Below are positions 13,092 through 26,003 of a stretch of 64,000 nucleotides of DNA, in pieces; position 1 is the stretch's first letter; every line of letters starts with the position of its first letter. Source of the stretch: Pavona decussata. Taxonomy: Eukaryota. A program made the position numbers and the translations under genes. The stretch is taken from the NCBI GenBank assembly GCA_977016875.1, contig CDRNST010000273.1:1178001-1242000 (forward strand). Direction: 5' to 3'. Below the pieces are notes generated by a model. That model made no database searches and was not told the DNA's origin. It saw only the letters and a program-made list of their open reading frames with translations.

Positions 13092-15975
13092 GGTTAGAGG
13101 CTAGGCCGGTCTCTACACAGTTATCGTTATCTTTCTTAACAAAACTAATAAAACTTAAGTCGGCTTTCAAGGAAGAGTTAGGCAACCAAAAATTAGTTTC
13201 AGATGTTAGTTAATATTTAAAGCCGGCTCAGTGATATGGGTTCACGTACTGAACTCTCTCTGTCCTCTTATTTGAATTGGCTCTTTATACAATGTTAACT
13301 TCAAATTATCAGTAGATACGCGTTTAAACAGATATCGCTTAACTTTTAATCCTGGCTGCTAACGTTTAAGCAACTTTTTAACAACTGGGTACAGGTGTGT
13401 AAATGTGGTAACCCTGAAATAGAGTGGTAAGGAAACCCATCCAGATGAGAGCAGAAATATTCTACGTTGTTTTATGCCGGCTAGCCAGAATGTGTAATGG
13501 GGTAGCGAGCTGGTTGTGTAACTTGCCTGTGGCCATTGTTATCTTGTATTACGCTTGGTAAACGCATGAAATGATAAATAAAGCAAGCTCTATTGGGTAT
13601 GAACAAAAAAAATGAACACACGAAAAATGATAAAGGAAATATATATGACATATCTTCGGGAACCCATGACTCTATAAAACGAAAATAAATGCGAGGATAT
13701 TGAATAAAGAAAATTGAGGAAAGTGAAATATCGTATAAAAATAAAGTTAATGCAAGCTTAATTTTCCTCAGGACCGCCGCAGCTGGCCTTACGTAATTTA
13801 TACCGCAAATTACTCAACGAAAAGTAAACATAAATGAAATACAATGTCGTAACTAACATGTCAGGTGGCAGTAACAGTTAAACTATACACACAAGCGACA
13901 AGTGCACCTTTCGGAAACCGAGAATATCGAATTCAACTCATCATGAGATGAGCCTTTCTAAAAGAGAATACAATGAATGGTTTGCCGCTAGCACTTATGA
14001 CACAAATAATGAATAAGGGAATTAACTCTGCAGTGTATGTTATTTCAACGCGCTAAAATGAACCCATGATTTTTCCACTGAACGCTCTAGAAAGGGAATT
14101 AGAGTTCATACAAAACAAAGAAATATCTCAGTCGATCGCAGCGGGAATCGAACCCACGACTTTGAATTGATCAACCGGCTGAGCTACGAGGCCAGAAGGG
14201 AGCAAGTCGTGAGCGATTATCTTTAATAGTTTGGGAATACAAAGAACAAGTATTGACAGGAAAACCCTAAACATGAGGTACGTCCCTCACTGAAGGGTTA
14301 CCTAAAGCCTACACTAAATAAACATTAAACATACAACATAAGTACATACATACATAATCAAATGGAAAATATGTACAGTAATTAGACTAGAAATATAATA
14401 AAAGAAGAAGAAGAATAAATCAAGAGAATGTAGTAATATCCTTCAGGTGTAAAAAGGATTTAAGGCGATCCATTATGGTGGTAACCGCAGCAATGTAAAT
14501 ATAAAGGGTACAATGAATATTGTTCCTCTAGCACAGGAAGAAAATTTATGAGTTCACTTAACACTTTAATATACACTGCAGAGTTAAATCTGTGATCCAT
14601 CACTTTTTATTCAAAATAAACATGCATTACACTTACGGGTGCTAATCAGGTGCTCTAATTTGAATGATCAGTACCGACCAGACTCAACGATAATTCATAA
14701 AGAGACTCAAAAATTTAGAACCGCCTTGTACAGCCAAGAAAAAATCGCCGCGGGGAAGTACTTAACAATTCCACCATTTACGTATGAAAAAATTTTAAAG
14801 GGTTAAAACAAAAACTAACGTTTTTGACTAATTAGCCGTCTTCAAGTGAAGAAGATGACTTGGACCAGTATAGACTGTGACTGAATACTCGAAGACTCGT
14901 CGAAACTGGCGTTAGATACATGGCCACAGTTTTCGGCTAAGCCTTTAAGCTAGAAATTTACTGTTTCTAAATCCTCACTGTTGATACTATGAGTTTTCAT
15001 CCTGAACAGAGAACTGTATATTTTGCTTAGAAGACATGGTGATTCACTCACACGCCGTGCTTCCAAACAATTTTACCTCGTCTCGCAGGCAGCTCGTGTT
15101 TTCCACAGAAACCGACGCGAGATCCCAACACCCCTGCCCACTTCTTTTCTGTTTACCAGTGGCTCAGATGGAGAGCATCTGATTTTTATAATCTTGCCAG
15201 ACGGGCGTTTGGATTATCAAGTTAATAAATAAAAACATCCAGCATTTAGGATTGTGTTCTTTATTTACTGTTACGCAAGATCGGTTCGTCTTAACATTGT
15301 CGCTTACGGGAGGTTAAAAACACAAAAACAATTCAAGCCACCAGCCAAAACGTGATTTGTAAAAATGGTATTTTTTTTTTTTTTTTTGCCCCAAAGAGTG
15401 GCTGCGGTCAGTTACGAGAGGGGTTTGAACTATACTGAGTAACCTGACCGGTATTTTGGAAACGTGGCCGGTTACGGGAAGGTGGTCCAACTTAAACGTC
15501 TAATCATCAAAGCCTTGGACAATTTTTTCGAATCGCAAGAAAAGCGCTCTTACTCTTTGGCTAAGAAGTGTTTTTAGGGCTGGGCTCGAAGCCGTATTTG
15601 AGAATTCTGGCATTATTTAAAGCATCCATTTGGTGTAGTTCGCTCGACTCGTCCAACTAGGTTTAGTACCCGCAAACAGTTGTCGTGTTGTGCAAATTCT
15701 ATCAAAAAAAAAAAGGACAAGGTAAGTGACACAGCAGCGGTTAGACTGGTAATTAGCTCTCGCCGGATAGTGCAAATGTGCATAGTGCATTATAAGAAGT
15801 CATCGGGAAACCCTGTATCACAGTACACTAACAATGGAGGGTAGTAAAACGGGAGTCAACTAAACTTTCGACCCATTCAAACTGTATTTTGGTAGCAAGG
15901 ATACTAGTGGAAGAAACATGAATAGAATCTAGTTGAGTCTGACTTCGAATACTGTATTGAGGGAAACACCCATGT

Positions 15976-16225
15976 GGGAGCAGGGATGGCGCAGTGGTGA
16001 GAGAACTCGCCTCCCACCAATGTGGCCCGGGTTCGATTCCCTGTCTCGGCGTCATATGTGGGTTGAGTTTGTCGTTGGTTCTCGTCCCTGTTCCGAGGGT
16101 TTTTCTCCGGGTACCCCGGTTTTCCTTCCTTCACAAAAACCAACATTTCCAAATTCCAATTCGACCTGGAAACAGTGGATGGAACTGAGCCATCCCTTGG
16201 AATCTACTAAAATTCCCATTTTCCC
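15976..16225 (+). mobile_element. tRNA-derived SINE with a V/Meta-like central domain
   Basis: A box TGGCGCAGTGG (15987), B box GGTTCGATTCC (16030), core GGGTTTTTCTCCGGGTACCCCGGTTTTCC; possible CACCCAT duplication at 15967 and 16225. Confidence 0.8.
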
Positions 16226-16325
16226 ACCCATCTCGGGACCCTCCCAATCGTCTATCATATATATTCGAAGAGTTGGTGTGGACTCGGTTCTTCACATGAG
16301 CGAATTTAGAGCGTCTCAAATTATT

Positions 16326-17185
16326 TAACCCTGGCTAAAATGTTTGAGACGCCGAACTCAAAGAGGCTCGCAACAGTTTTTCTGGCATTGGATGGATCTT
16401 TTCAAATCAATATTTCGAATGGAAGGCCTGATTTCGTTTTCCATCATACTACACCACCTTTTCAACCTGTGATTAAATATAACAATAGTGTTGATGTTCG
16501 CGGGCGTAAATATGTTTTTGCCCCGACTCAAGTTGAACATTAAGTTGGATCCCACATCCAACATTGTTGGATGTGAATGTTGATCAACATTCGCATCTAA
16601 CTATGTATAACAATTGAGATAGTGGCAAAACACTGTCCAACATTGCTAGACGAAACAAACTACTGATACAAGTTGGCGTAAATTTGAAAACATGGCGCTA
16701 ACACGGAAACGAAAAGCGCAAAAAGCGTTAATGGTATTCGAGCTGCTCGAGGACGCAAATGACGGTGTCAAGTAAGGAAAAACCAGGGAATGGTTAAGAG
16801 AACGACCAGAAAAGGGTAGGCTCCATACCGTTGTACGGTTAAAATTGCAAGATCCTCCCGCGTTTAAGGAGATGATGAGAATGATTCCGGATCAGTTCGC
16901 AGAAATTTTAAACGCTGTTGAACCGGACATCTGCAACCACGAGGTTATCTTCATCCCCCATTTTTGTTGCAAATGACGCGAGAAACCTAGGCTTGAAATA
17001 TAGGATAGCGATTTCTGATTGGCTAGCAGGGCGAACGTGGCTCGCTTCTGGACACAGCTTTGTTCGAAAGAGTGGCAAAAAACTGCAACATTTTTTTTTT
17101 GCGAGCAGAATTGTTGGGGGAAATGTTTGATTAAAAGCAAAGTACGTTGCACCCAACTTTGTTCGATAGTTTGGCACAAGGCTTT
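16326..17185 (+). mobile_element. Internally deleted Harbinger element retaining the 5' part of its transposase (ATG 16692)
   Basis: Reads MALTRKRK..*GKTREWLRERPEKG..QDPPAFKEMMRMIPDQFAEILNAVEPDIC, resembling the Harbinger transposase N-terminal W..W...R...G / F..RM...F.ELL..V.P.I pattern. Has a degenerate TIR-like end GTTTGGCACAAGGC and CAACA/TGTTG subrepeats. Confidence 0.6.
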
Positions 17186-17856
17186 ACATTCACTTCGCCG
17201 CCCGTCACGGAACCACTACATGCATTTAATTTCCACCAACGGCTTCATTTGAAGAAAATGAACGACTAGAATGTCAGAACAACTACGTTTCTTTGATTTA
17301 GAGCTATCCATTTTGTAGCTCAAACAATTTCTTTGCAGACTGATGTCCGCGCTTCCAGTTAAACAAGCAAGAAAATGGCGCGAACTATTCTAATGGCTGG
17401 CTACGTTATTTTCTTCAGTATCTTATTGGATCAGAGCAGCGGGCTAAAAACACATTTTTATAGCCCGCAGAATTCTCCATTTTATGCCGCAAAAAACGCT
17501 GCAACGTTCGACGAAATTATTATAATTGTATGTTTCTGTTACTCGAACCTTCTACGGAAATTGGATGATGTTCGAGTTCAGAGTTTGATGACGATACAAT
17601 ACACTGTAGATAAATATTTCCTAAACTAGCGTAGCCTGAACTGGACTGACACGGTAATGCAAGAACGGACTGCAACTTCAAAATGAATTCCATGTTTTGG
17701 ACTACAGAAATGATTTTTTTGACCTGTCGGGTTTAACGTTCACGTCTTACAATAAGACATCTTATTAGTCTACTCTAAATAATACAGTAATAGCATATAG
17801 ATTGTCCCGCGGGAATCAGACAAGCTCAAAAGTTGAAGACTTTTTTTACGACTGCT

Positions 17857-17887
<31 letters not shown>

Positions 17888-18790
17888 ATATCATAAGATG
17901 GTTTAAGTAAGGCGTAAATGATTAAACCGTGAGTGGAAACAAGCGTGGTGTACGTAAATATTCATTGCACCGGGTCTTAATGCCGGAAGTACTGTTTACA
18001 AACATAAACTTTATTTGGTAACGCAGGTTTACAATCTGGCAGCCAGAGGCTGGTGTGGACCTACCTAAAGTAAACTAACGAATTTACAAAAAGAAAATAA
18101 CAAAAAAATATGTTACAAATTGTGTGCGCATGTGTATTACATATTTATAATTGAAAAGACTAAAAGGAGAAAGGTTATTAAGAATATCGTTCTAGCCATC
18201 TTACTGATTTTCCTCGTTTTTTCTCCGTCGAAGGCTTGGCGGTGTGCGTCATGATCACCACCCACAAAGGGTGCCGGATAAGAATGTGTAATCGCTCATT
18301 TGCCTCTGGTCACGATCGATCGAGTAAACATCTCCCGAACGTAAGACTTACAGTCGCACTGAAATGGGCATTAAAACTATGCTTCCTTTTCTAAAAATTA
18401 TCATTGAAGACAGTAATTTGGCAAATTTAAACGGTCTAGAACCAACAGTAGATGCTTCTTGTTAGATACAGGGTTGTTCCCAGTTCGGAGACAATCGAAG
18501 GTCAGATTTTTTTTACAGTACATATTCTTGTACTGTGCCGTCACGTCTGCTTATAGACCGCGATCAGTCTCTTTCTTCTCCTAAATTCTGTAGCGAGTGA
18601 TGGATCTGCCGCAATCCTTCCTCGTTCACTTTTGTAATTTGCATAATTTTACTGTCACTTTGCGCGCGTGATCTAAAGGAAAAAGTACGACTGCTCACAG
18701 TCTACTTTTTATTGTTTTGCCATTTTTAGTTTGCTTTTTCATCGTAGGATGAAAGAGATCTACATTTCCTTCCTTGATTTGTTGGAGTGA

Positions 18791-19197
18791 GGCCCCGTTT
18801 ATATGAAGAAAAGTTGTCCCGGGTAGAAGGGTCACCCGCCTACCCGAGCTACCCTGGGCGAGCCAATTTTTCCTACATTTCCTTACAAAACTTGGCGAAC
18901 CATTTACATCGAGAAACAAAAAGTTGGCTTGGCTGGAAGGGTGACCCGCCTAGCCGGACCACCCTTTTTCGATGGTACCGTCACCCTCCTAGCCGGGCCA
19001 ACTTTTCTCCATATAAACACTTTGGCTCACCCAGCCAGGTCAACTTCCGTCAAGGCGAGACAATCAGAACATGCGCGAGCGCTGTTGGCTCGGGCAAAGG
19101 AGTCAACTTTTCTCTCATATAAACGCTCGCTGAAGTTGACTCGGCTAGGAGGGTGACCCTCTTTCCCGGGACAACTTTTCTCCACATAAACGGGGCC
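18791..19197. mobile_element. PIF/Harbinger-type MITE (TGA TSD)
   Basis: GGCCCCGTTTATATGAAGAAAAGTTGTCCCGGG ... CCCGGGACAACTTTTCTCCACATAAACGGGGCC, with TGA on both flanks. Confidence 0.8.
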
Positions 19198-21239
19198 TGA
19201 ATTAACATTCGCCCTTTGGCTTTTCCAGTCTGTTTCCCAGGAGTTGAGCCCCTTGGTTTCCATTAGTTCAACGGCTTCCAATGGGACACCAAAATGGGTC
19301 GACCCAGGTAGATCCCAAAACTTCTAAAGTAGAAAGGGTAAGCTAGCTTAACGAGTAAAAAACTTGGAAAAATTCCGGCAAGAGTAAATAGCTTTGTCAA
19401 GAAAAGCAGTAAAATCAACGATCAAAACCGCATGGCGGCAGGCGGGAGGTCGTCACCTTTGAAACGGCTACAAACGCGAAAAAACACTTCAGCTTGAAAA
19501 GTAACCTAACCATCACTAAGTTAATTTGTTCCTCTAAGCTGAAAACGAATTTCAACCGGGAAAAAATTTCACACACTTCGTTAACGACGAAATTTTTAAA
19601 ACGCTAACCTCTCCAGCCTGTTGTTCATGTGCGCGAAAAGAGTGACAACTTCACTCGTGAACCGCCATGCATGTTTGGCGTCCCAGTCTGCATGAAATCA
19701 TCTCTCACCTCTGTTTTCTTTCAGAGGCTTGCCTCCACCCACATTTCAGCTTGATGATGCCGGCCTGGGGGCTTATGCAGAGGAAAATGGCTCGACAAAA
19801 CACTTATAAAGCGCTAACCCTACCAGAATTGATACAGTTTGCCAAAAAAAGGTCATCAGTGTGTTGTGTTAAGAACTAAGTACAATTTTCTAGCTGCAGT
19901 TTTGTTCTAATCCGTAAGGTTTCCTGATAGTTCTCATTCTGATAGATATTTTAATTTGCATTTGACACAAGATAGTTCTGGATTGATGTAACCTTATCTA
20001 GTCGGTTATATTGCATTGATTTCATGCAGTAAAGATATGTAGAGAACGAGAAAGAACATTACTGAAGAGAAGAAGTCAAAAGTAAGCAAGACTGTAAAAG
20101 TCGCATGCGAACAAGCCTAATTTTAGCAGCGCTCTAATCTCCTCATATTTGGTTGCTCGCTAAATTTGGGCGCGCAACGTTTTTGGCTGTCGGAATCATT
20201 GTACTTCAATCGAGCAAACAAAATTTATCCTAGATAAATAGCACTCAACATTTATTGAAGTCCTTCATAATAATAGTCCTCCATTGGCGTTTTATTGCCA
20301 ATAAAAAGATTGTATTTGGCTTTGCAATGTCTTTCTCGCGGCTAATAAAATTTATCTAAGCGCCCTCTCTGAGGCCAAAACTAAGGGTTTCTTCCAAAAA
20401 CTAAACGAAAGCGAACTAGAACTCGCGTATGTCGTGTTACTGAAGTAATTTTGATCGGCAAACTTGAAAACTGGCAATCAATCCAAAAAGTTGGCAGAAG
20501 ACGCTCTGTAAAAATGACTTGTGTCACAGACTCTATTTTTCGTCTCACGTTTTTCGCTGGAATCGTTTACCAAGAGAAACTCTCAGGATCTTAAGAAAGC
20601 AGCTCTATCTAATGCCCGCGAATATCAACTCAATTGTTATATTATGCTTGCTTGCAGGCTGTGCTTACACTAATGGCGGTAACTTTTTTAAAGTTAATTT
20701 TACTGTCCAATCAGTAATCCGGTATAGTTCCACTAATCTTGCAAACTGAATTTTCTTTGCCACGGTCAGTTCAAAGCCATTACTCTCCGCTCCTACGGTA
20801 AAATGGCGTTGTTATTGCAGCCAACATTGAATCGCTTCGGAACCATATTAAAGACGCTGTTAAAAGCACTGCTTCTTTTGCTTGTTATCACCGTGTTGCT
20901 CACTTGCTTTTTCTACGTGTCTAGCTTCACAGCATTCATAAATAACAAGATAACGAGGAAACACAGAGCCGAGTCACATCTAGTACACAAGACCACAGGT
21001 CATCTGAATAGGTACCATATCAGCAACACTGATTTCACTTCTTCACAGGGAAGAAAAATCTTTTTGGTTTTGATTACCTGGAACAATTAACAAAGGCTAC
21101 AAACTACCTGCTTCAACTCACAGCCCTTGCTACATATTGTGGACGTCAAGTTGTTGTTCCGTTTGTAAAGGACTCATTTTTCCACGGAACGGTGACGCAC
21201 GGATTCAATAAAACACTCGTGTTTTATTGCAACATAACA

Positions 21240-21652
21240 ACAACAACAACAACAACAACAACAATTTATTTATTTATTTATTTATTTACAAATTCTGATG
21301 ATATAGGTTGCTTGTCCCGCAAATAGCCACAAAGCTAGTCGAGGCGGGACAAGACGAGCACGAGAACATAATGGAAGAAAATTAGAATAAATTACAAACA
21401 TGCTGGAAAACGGAAAAACTTAACTTTACAAAATAACGCAGATTTAGATAAGGCTATGCAACAAAATTAAAGTAAATTATATGGAATTTTTATTATAATT
21501 AATATCACAAGAAATGAGATGAAGAGGGAAAATGAGAATCAGTTTATACTAGCAAAAGAGAAGGACATTGATGATCAGTTTTTTATTTGGTCAATTATCG
21601 TTTCCACTTCAATATAGGAGTCTACAGTTTCAAGTATATCAAATAACTTTAA
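21240..21652 (-). mobile_element. LINE (CR1/L2-type) 3' end with a (TAAA)n(TTG)n tail, inserted in the O-FucT-like pseudogene
   Basis: Interrupts the reading ...CNIT|ALNNT...; microsatellite tail at 21240-21288. Confidence 0.6.
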
Positions 21653-22143
21653 GCGCTGAATAACACGATTCGTCATGTCGCACAGCCACGCTACATTGAT
21701 AAGCTCATTGGGAGTGAGGTTTAAGACGTCTGCAAAGGGAGACTAGACGTATTGGTACGTTTTGATTATACCAACTTGAGCACATCTACAACATACAGTA
21801 CAGCTAGGCCATTCCTTGCAAAAATCAACCGAAGATAGTTTAAGATATCAAATTTGCAAAAACAGTTTATATGAATGTTTTGCCCTCGATTCGGATGAAA
21901 AATTTTATTTGAAAATGAAGTTGTTGAAACGCTAGCGTGTGTTGGCATTTTAAAGTGGATGGGAGCTGATAAAGCAAAAACATTTAATGTAAGTGTCTTA
22001 TTTAATTCAAAACAGCTTCGAATTGTACAAGATTTAATCGCAAAAAGTATCGGCCCGTTCTTTACCTTCGTACATATTCGCTCAGATAAGATTAAAGTAT
22101 GGAGGAAGTCTTTCTTTGCCCAAAAAGTGTATTTCAAACCTAA

Positions 22144-22273
22144 TCCCTGATGATGCCGTTGATCGGCGAAAGCTTAGATTTTAGTTTTTACTTTTAAACA
22201 GCAGTTTAAGGCCTCAATAGAACAGCTTTATATATCCTTAACCATGCTGTTGAAGGGCAAGATGAACAGATTA
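22144..22273 (+). mobile_element. ~130-nt Penelope-like terminal-repeat fragment starting at a minimal hammerhead ribozyme motif
   Basis: TCC-CTGATGA-T-GCCG(TTGAT)CGGC-GAA-AGCT-T-AGATT. CTAA is duplicated on both sides. Near-identical to the arms of 61319-61547. Confidence 0.75.
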
Positions 22274-23205
22274 CTAACAGCACGAGTTCACAAAATTCGT
22301 AACTCTGTTTATATGGCCACAGATTTCTCAGAATTTGGTTCTTCAGGAGCATACATAAAACCCGCAAGGGAAAAGAGTAGGTCGCCTACGAAGATACTTT
22401 CTCCATTGAAGCCAAGTACTTTTCAGCCATTGGAATACAATCTTTGTGGTGGAGGTGCTGCAGCTATGCTAGAATTGAATCAGTTCTGGCGTCTGTGCAG
22501 GAACCGCGAAGGGGGAGGAGCTGGGGGGACTTTAGCCTCCCCTTCCCCCCGTCCGCTTTTTAAATGGTTAAAAAATATTTTATTTCATTTTACTTAACCA
22601 TGTCCCCTCCATCACATACGGAAACAACTTACCTTACATATTATTAAGTATATTAAGGTTTTCCCCGAAAAACACGACAATTTAATTCAGATTGTTTGTC
22701 GTTAGTTTTGCTGCTGAACGGACGACTAGATTTCAACCGTGAAATAATGGCATTTCAGCTGTTGTTTCTATTTTCATTTGTTTTTGGATCGGTGTTTCAC
22801 GTCGATAAAGTTTCATCACTGAATAAGTTTAGGGAGTTTTTGCACAAAGGGATTAATTTATTAAACCTACTTATCGCCGTTCCGCGTAAATATTTAAAAC
22901 GGAGAATTACGTACAGTAACGGTCAGACTGGATCATTTAATCCCGCAGTCATAACGAACGTAGAAGCACAAATGATTTACAGAAACATGAACAACGAGAC
23001 TGGGTCTTCACAACCTGCTGGCTTTCACAAGAAAACAAGTCGAAAATTTCTGCCTCATCAGCCTGTGGTGTTGGTCAAATGTAAGGGCAAGACTGAAGCC
23101 TTATTTTAGAATTTTAAATGTTGATCCCTCGATTAATCATCCTGTTCTTCCAGTAAAAGAATAAAAGTATTAGATTCTTCTTTAGCTAAATCAGCTTCCG
23201 TAGTA

Positions 23206-25965
23206 CTATCTCCTCGACCTAACAACGTTTCCAAGGAGCTCTTCTTGTTTCGTCTTCCTCCATTTTAGTTTATAAGTAGGCAAAGGGATTCTAAATCTCT
23301 TCACAGAGTTTTTGCTGAATAAATCCATAATTTCCTCTGGTAGAAGCTCGCATTTAAAGATGCGAAATTCATCCATAATGCCTTGCAGTGGTTTTTCTTT
23401 CTTTAGCGAACCAAGATTGGCGCACTTCGAATTCCAAGGCGCATGTGTGGCGTTGTTGGGAACTGGTACCGCTGACCTCTTTGGCGTCGTCACTGGCTTA
23501 ACTTCGTTCGCGAGAACTCCGTTTATATAAAGTCGGGCCCTACCGTTTGCTGCGCGATAGCTCCCAGCAATGTGGTACCATTTGTTACTTTGAAGAGTGC
23601 TGTCTGAAAAACAAATCATCAAATGGTTCTTCACTGTTAACAAGCTGTTAATCAAATGGTCTGTTACGTTTAATCAAATGATTTTTTACTATTTTAAATG
23701 ATTGGAATTCACTGTCTATTGTTGTCTGTTCAAATCCGCTCTTTTAAATGTCACCTACTATCCTGATCACCAGGTGTCACATTCCTATCGCTTTTACTCT
23801 TTTTTTTTTTTTAATATGCCATTTCTAAATTTCTTGTGAAGCAGTAAAGCAAAATCAGTTTAGTAAACGCGCAATTGCTTCCGACACTCAATTGAAATCC
23901 GCTATAAAGGATCATCTCTGACATTTTTTCCAAGGTTTTATTTACACATAACGTCGTTCCGTTTTACCTTTATTGTTTGCTTGTTTGTGTATGAACAGAA
24001 AAAAAATTAGCTTCCGTTTTTGTTTTCCACTTTTCTGAAATAAGCTTTATCTCAACGAAAGGTCGTCAATGTCGTAATTATATGAGAGGGGAATCGATCT
24101 ATTAGAAGCATGACTGTGAAATCTTAGGTAAACAACTTGTTAAAGCTCACGGCAAAAGATTGATGTTACGTGTGCTCTTAATTAAGCATGAAGACTGGCA
24201 TTATATATCGTTTACTTACTTGAAGAAATATTGAACTTTGTACCACCCCCGGGCAGGTCTTCAAGCCATCGAAGTTTCCCATCGTGAATAGCAAAGTGAT
24301 AATCGCCCATGTTATAAAGCTCGGGCGTGCCACAAATGAAAAGCAGTTCATAAGATCCATTGACCTGAGATAAATTGAGCCACAATGACACTGTAGTGGC
24401 GTCCGTTGGACGATTATGAAAACGCTCCACGTCAAACGTTACGTTACCGTTTTCACTCAGTTTCAGTCCTTTGCCAAATTTACCGTTGTCTACGATGCGC
24501 GCGCAGCCATGCAATGTCCCGGCGTTACCGTTGTGGGATTCGTCGTAGACGATATTGTTGTACGTGTGTTCGAAGCTTAGGTAAGCTGATAGGCAGCCGG
24601 CATCTCCTATAAAAGGTGCAATATAGCAATGTAATTTAGTTTGCCCTCTTGCAAAAACGCACCGCACACAAAAAAGTTGCGAGTACTTTCAGTAGAGTTA
24701 ATAGCGAGATTTAGTTATGTTTACGGTAAACGGCAAACACCAGAAATGATCACGTGACCATTTCATCCTACATTTGTCGCTCGCTGTTTTCATTTTCACA
24801 GAAAAACTGAGTAGTTTAGCGTTAGCATGAAAGGCCAGGTAAATTGCACCATTCTTTATCTATGTACTCATAACATAAACGCGAATCTCGCTTTTGCCGT
24901 TTCTAAATCTCTCTAATTACTCTTACACAATCTTTTGAAGTCAAATTTCGAACAGAAGACTGGCTTCGATTTTCTTCATGATGCACCAGCTTAGTTATCA
25001 TGGCAACGTTGGCAACCAACAACAACAATCTTAATTTGTACAATTGTCTAACAATATAATTAATCAACGGTTTTCATTTTAATGATGAAAATTCCACGAC
25101 TAAAATCGAAGTTTGTCGTTTCTGTCCGAAACTTTGGTTTCAAAACATCTAATCCAAGGAAATAGATACTAAAATGAAATAAATGAAATTCATACATTTT
25201 GAACTGAGGATGAAAGAATTAATGAGTACCAAACCATCGCAGTTATGGACACAACTAAATCAGCTGCGAACTGAAAAGAAAGCCAGGAAAACATTGAGGT
25301 TTGAACGGGTTCGAAACCAAGAATTCTGCGGTACCGGTGCAGTGCTCTACAAAACTGATGAGATATCAAGCTCTCTGGGAGCTGTTCATTTTAATTGTGA
25401 ATGCGTAATTTTCACGTGGAGGTGATGAGGTGAAAGTGAATATATGAAAATTCATACAATTATATTTGAACTGCGAATGGCCATCACAGTTTATTACTTG
25501 TAAGTACGCAGCTTTTTAAAAGCAGTTTCGAAGAGGATACCTGAAAATATTTCAGGGTTTAGCAGGATTAGAGCTCCTGACCTCTATGATACCAGTGCAG
25601 TGCTCTAACTGACTGAGCTGTCAAGACATTTTGTGAATTCGCAATTTTACCCGTAGAGGAGCTGAAGTATTTTTAAGTATTTCATACTAACACCGAAGTA
25701 TTTTTGCGCAGTTTATTAGTATGTGAGAAAAGTAGATATCTTAGCAAGGGCTATTGGAATCCAAAAAGAAAATTGAAGGGGTAACCACGCATTTTTTAGA
25801 GATGATTAAGCAACAATTATTCTTAAAAAAAACAGTAAAATACAAAGTAATGTAAGGCATTTTTTTTTTATCAAATTGAAGCTTTATTATCTCTGAAAAA
25901 TGCGTGGTTATCCCCAATTTTCTTTTTAAATACCAAGAGCACTTGCTAAGTTCTGCTTTCTCCGC

Positions 25966-26003
<38 letters not shown>

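Larger units (their letters stand above)
20803..22490 (+). pseudogene. Intronless type II membrane O-fucosyltransferase-like (GT-B) pseudogene with frameshifts, stops and two retroelement insertions
   Basis: There is an N-terminal TM anchor (ALLLLLVITVLLTCFFYV). After a frameshift near 21070 it reads DYLEQLTKATNYLLQLTALATYCGRQVVVPFVKDSFF. Later come FVHIRSDKI and VYMATDFSEFGSS, which resemble O-FucT HxRxE and Y(I/L)ATD motifs. The reading CNIT|ALNNT rejoins across insertion 21240-21652, and KKCISNL|TARVHK rejoins across 22144-22273. Confidence 0.65.

Noticed and set aside
15976-16050. Possible tRNA gene
   Set aside because: The A/B boxes run straight into a SINE body with no proper acceptor stem or terminator. 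The overlapping ORFs at 15828-16328 are SINE artefacts.
23046-23064. Minus-strand CTGATGA..GAAA hammerhead-like core
   Set aside because: Only 4 nt (GGCA) between the core boxes, so helix II cannot form.
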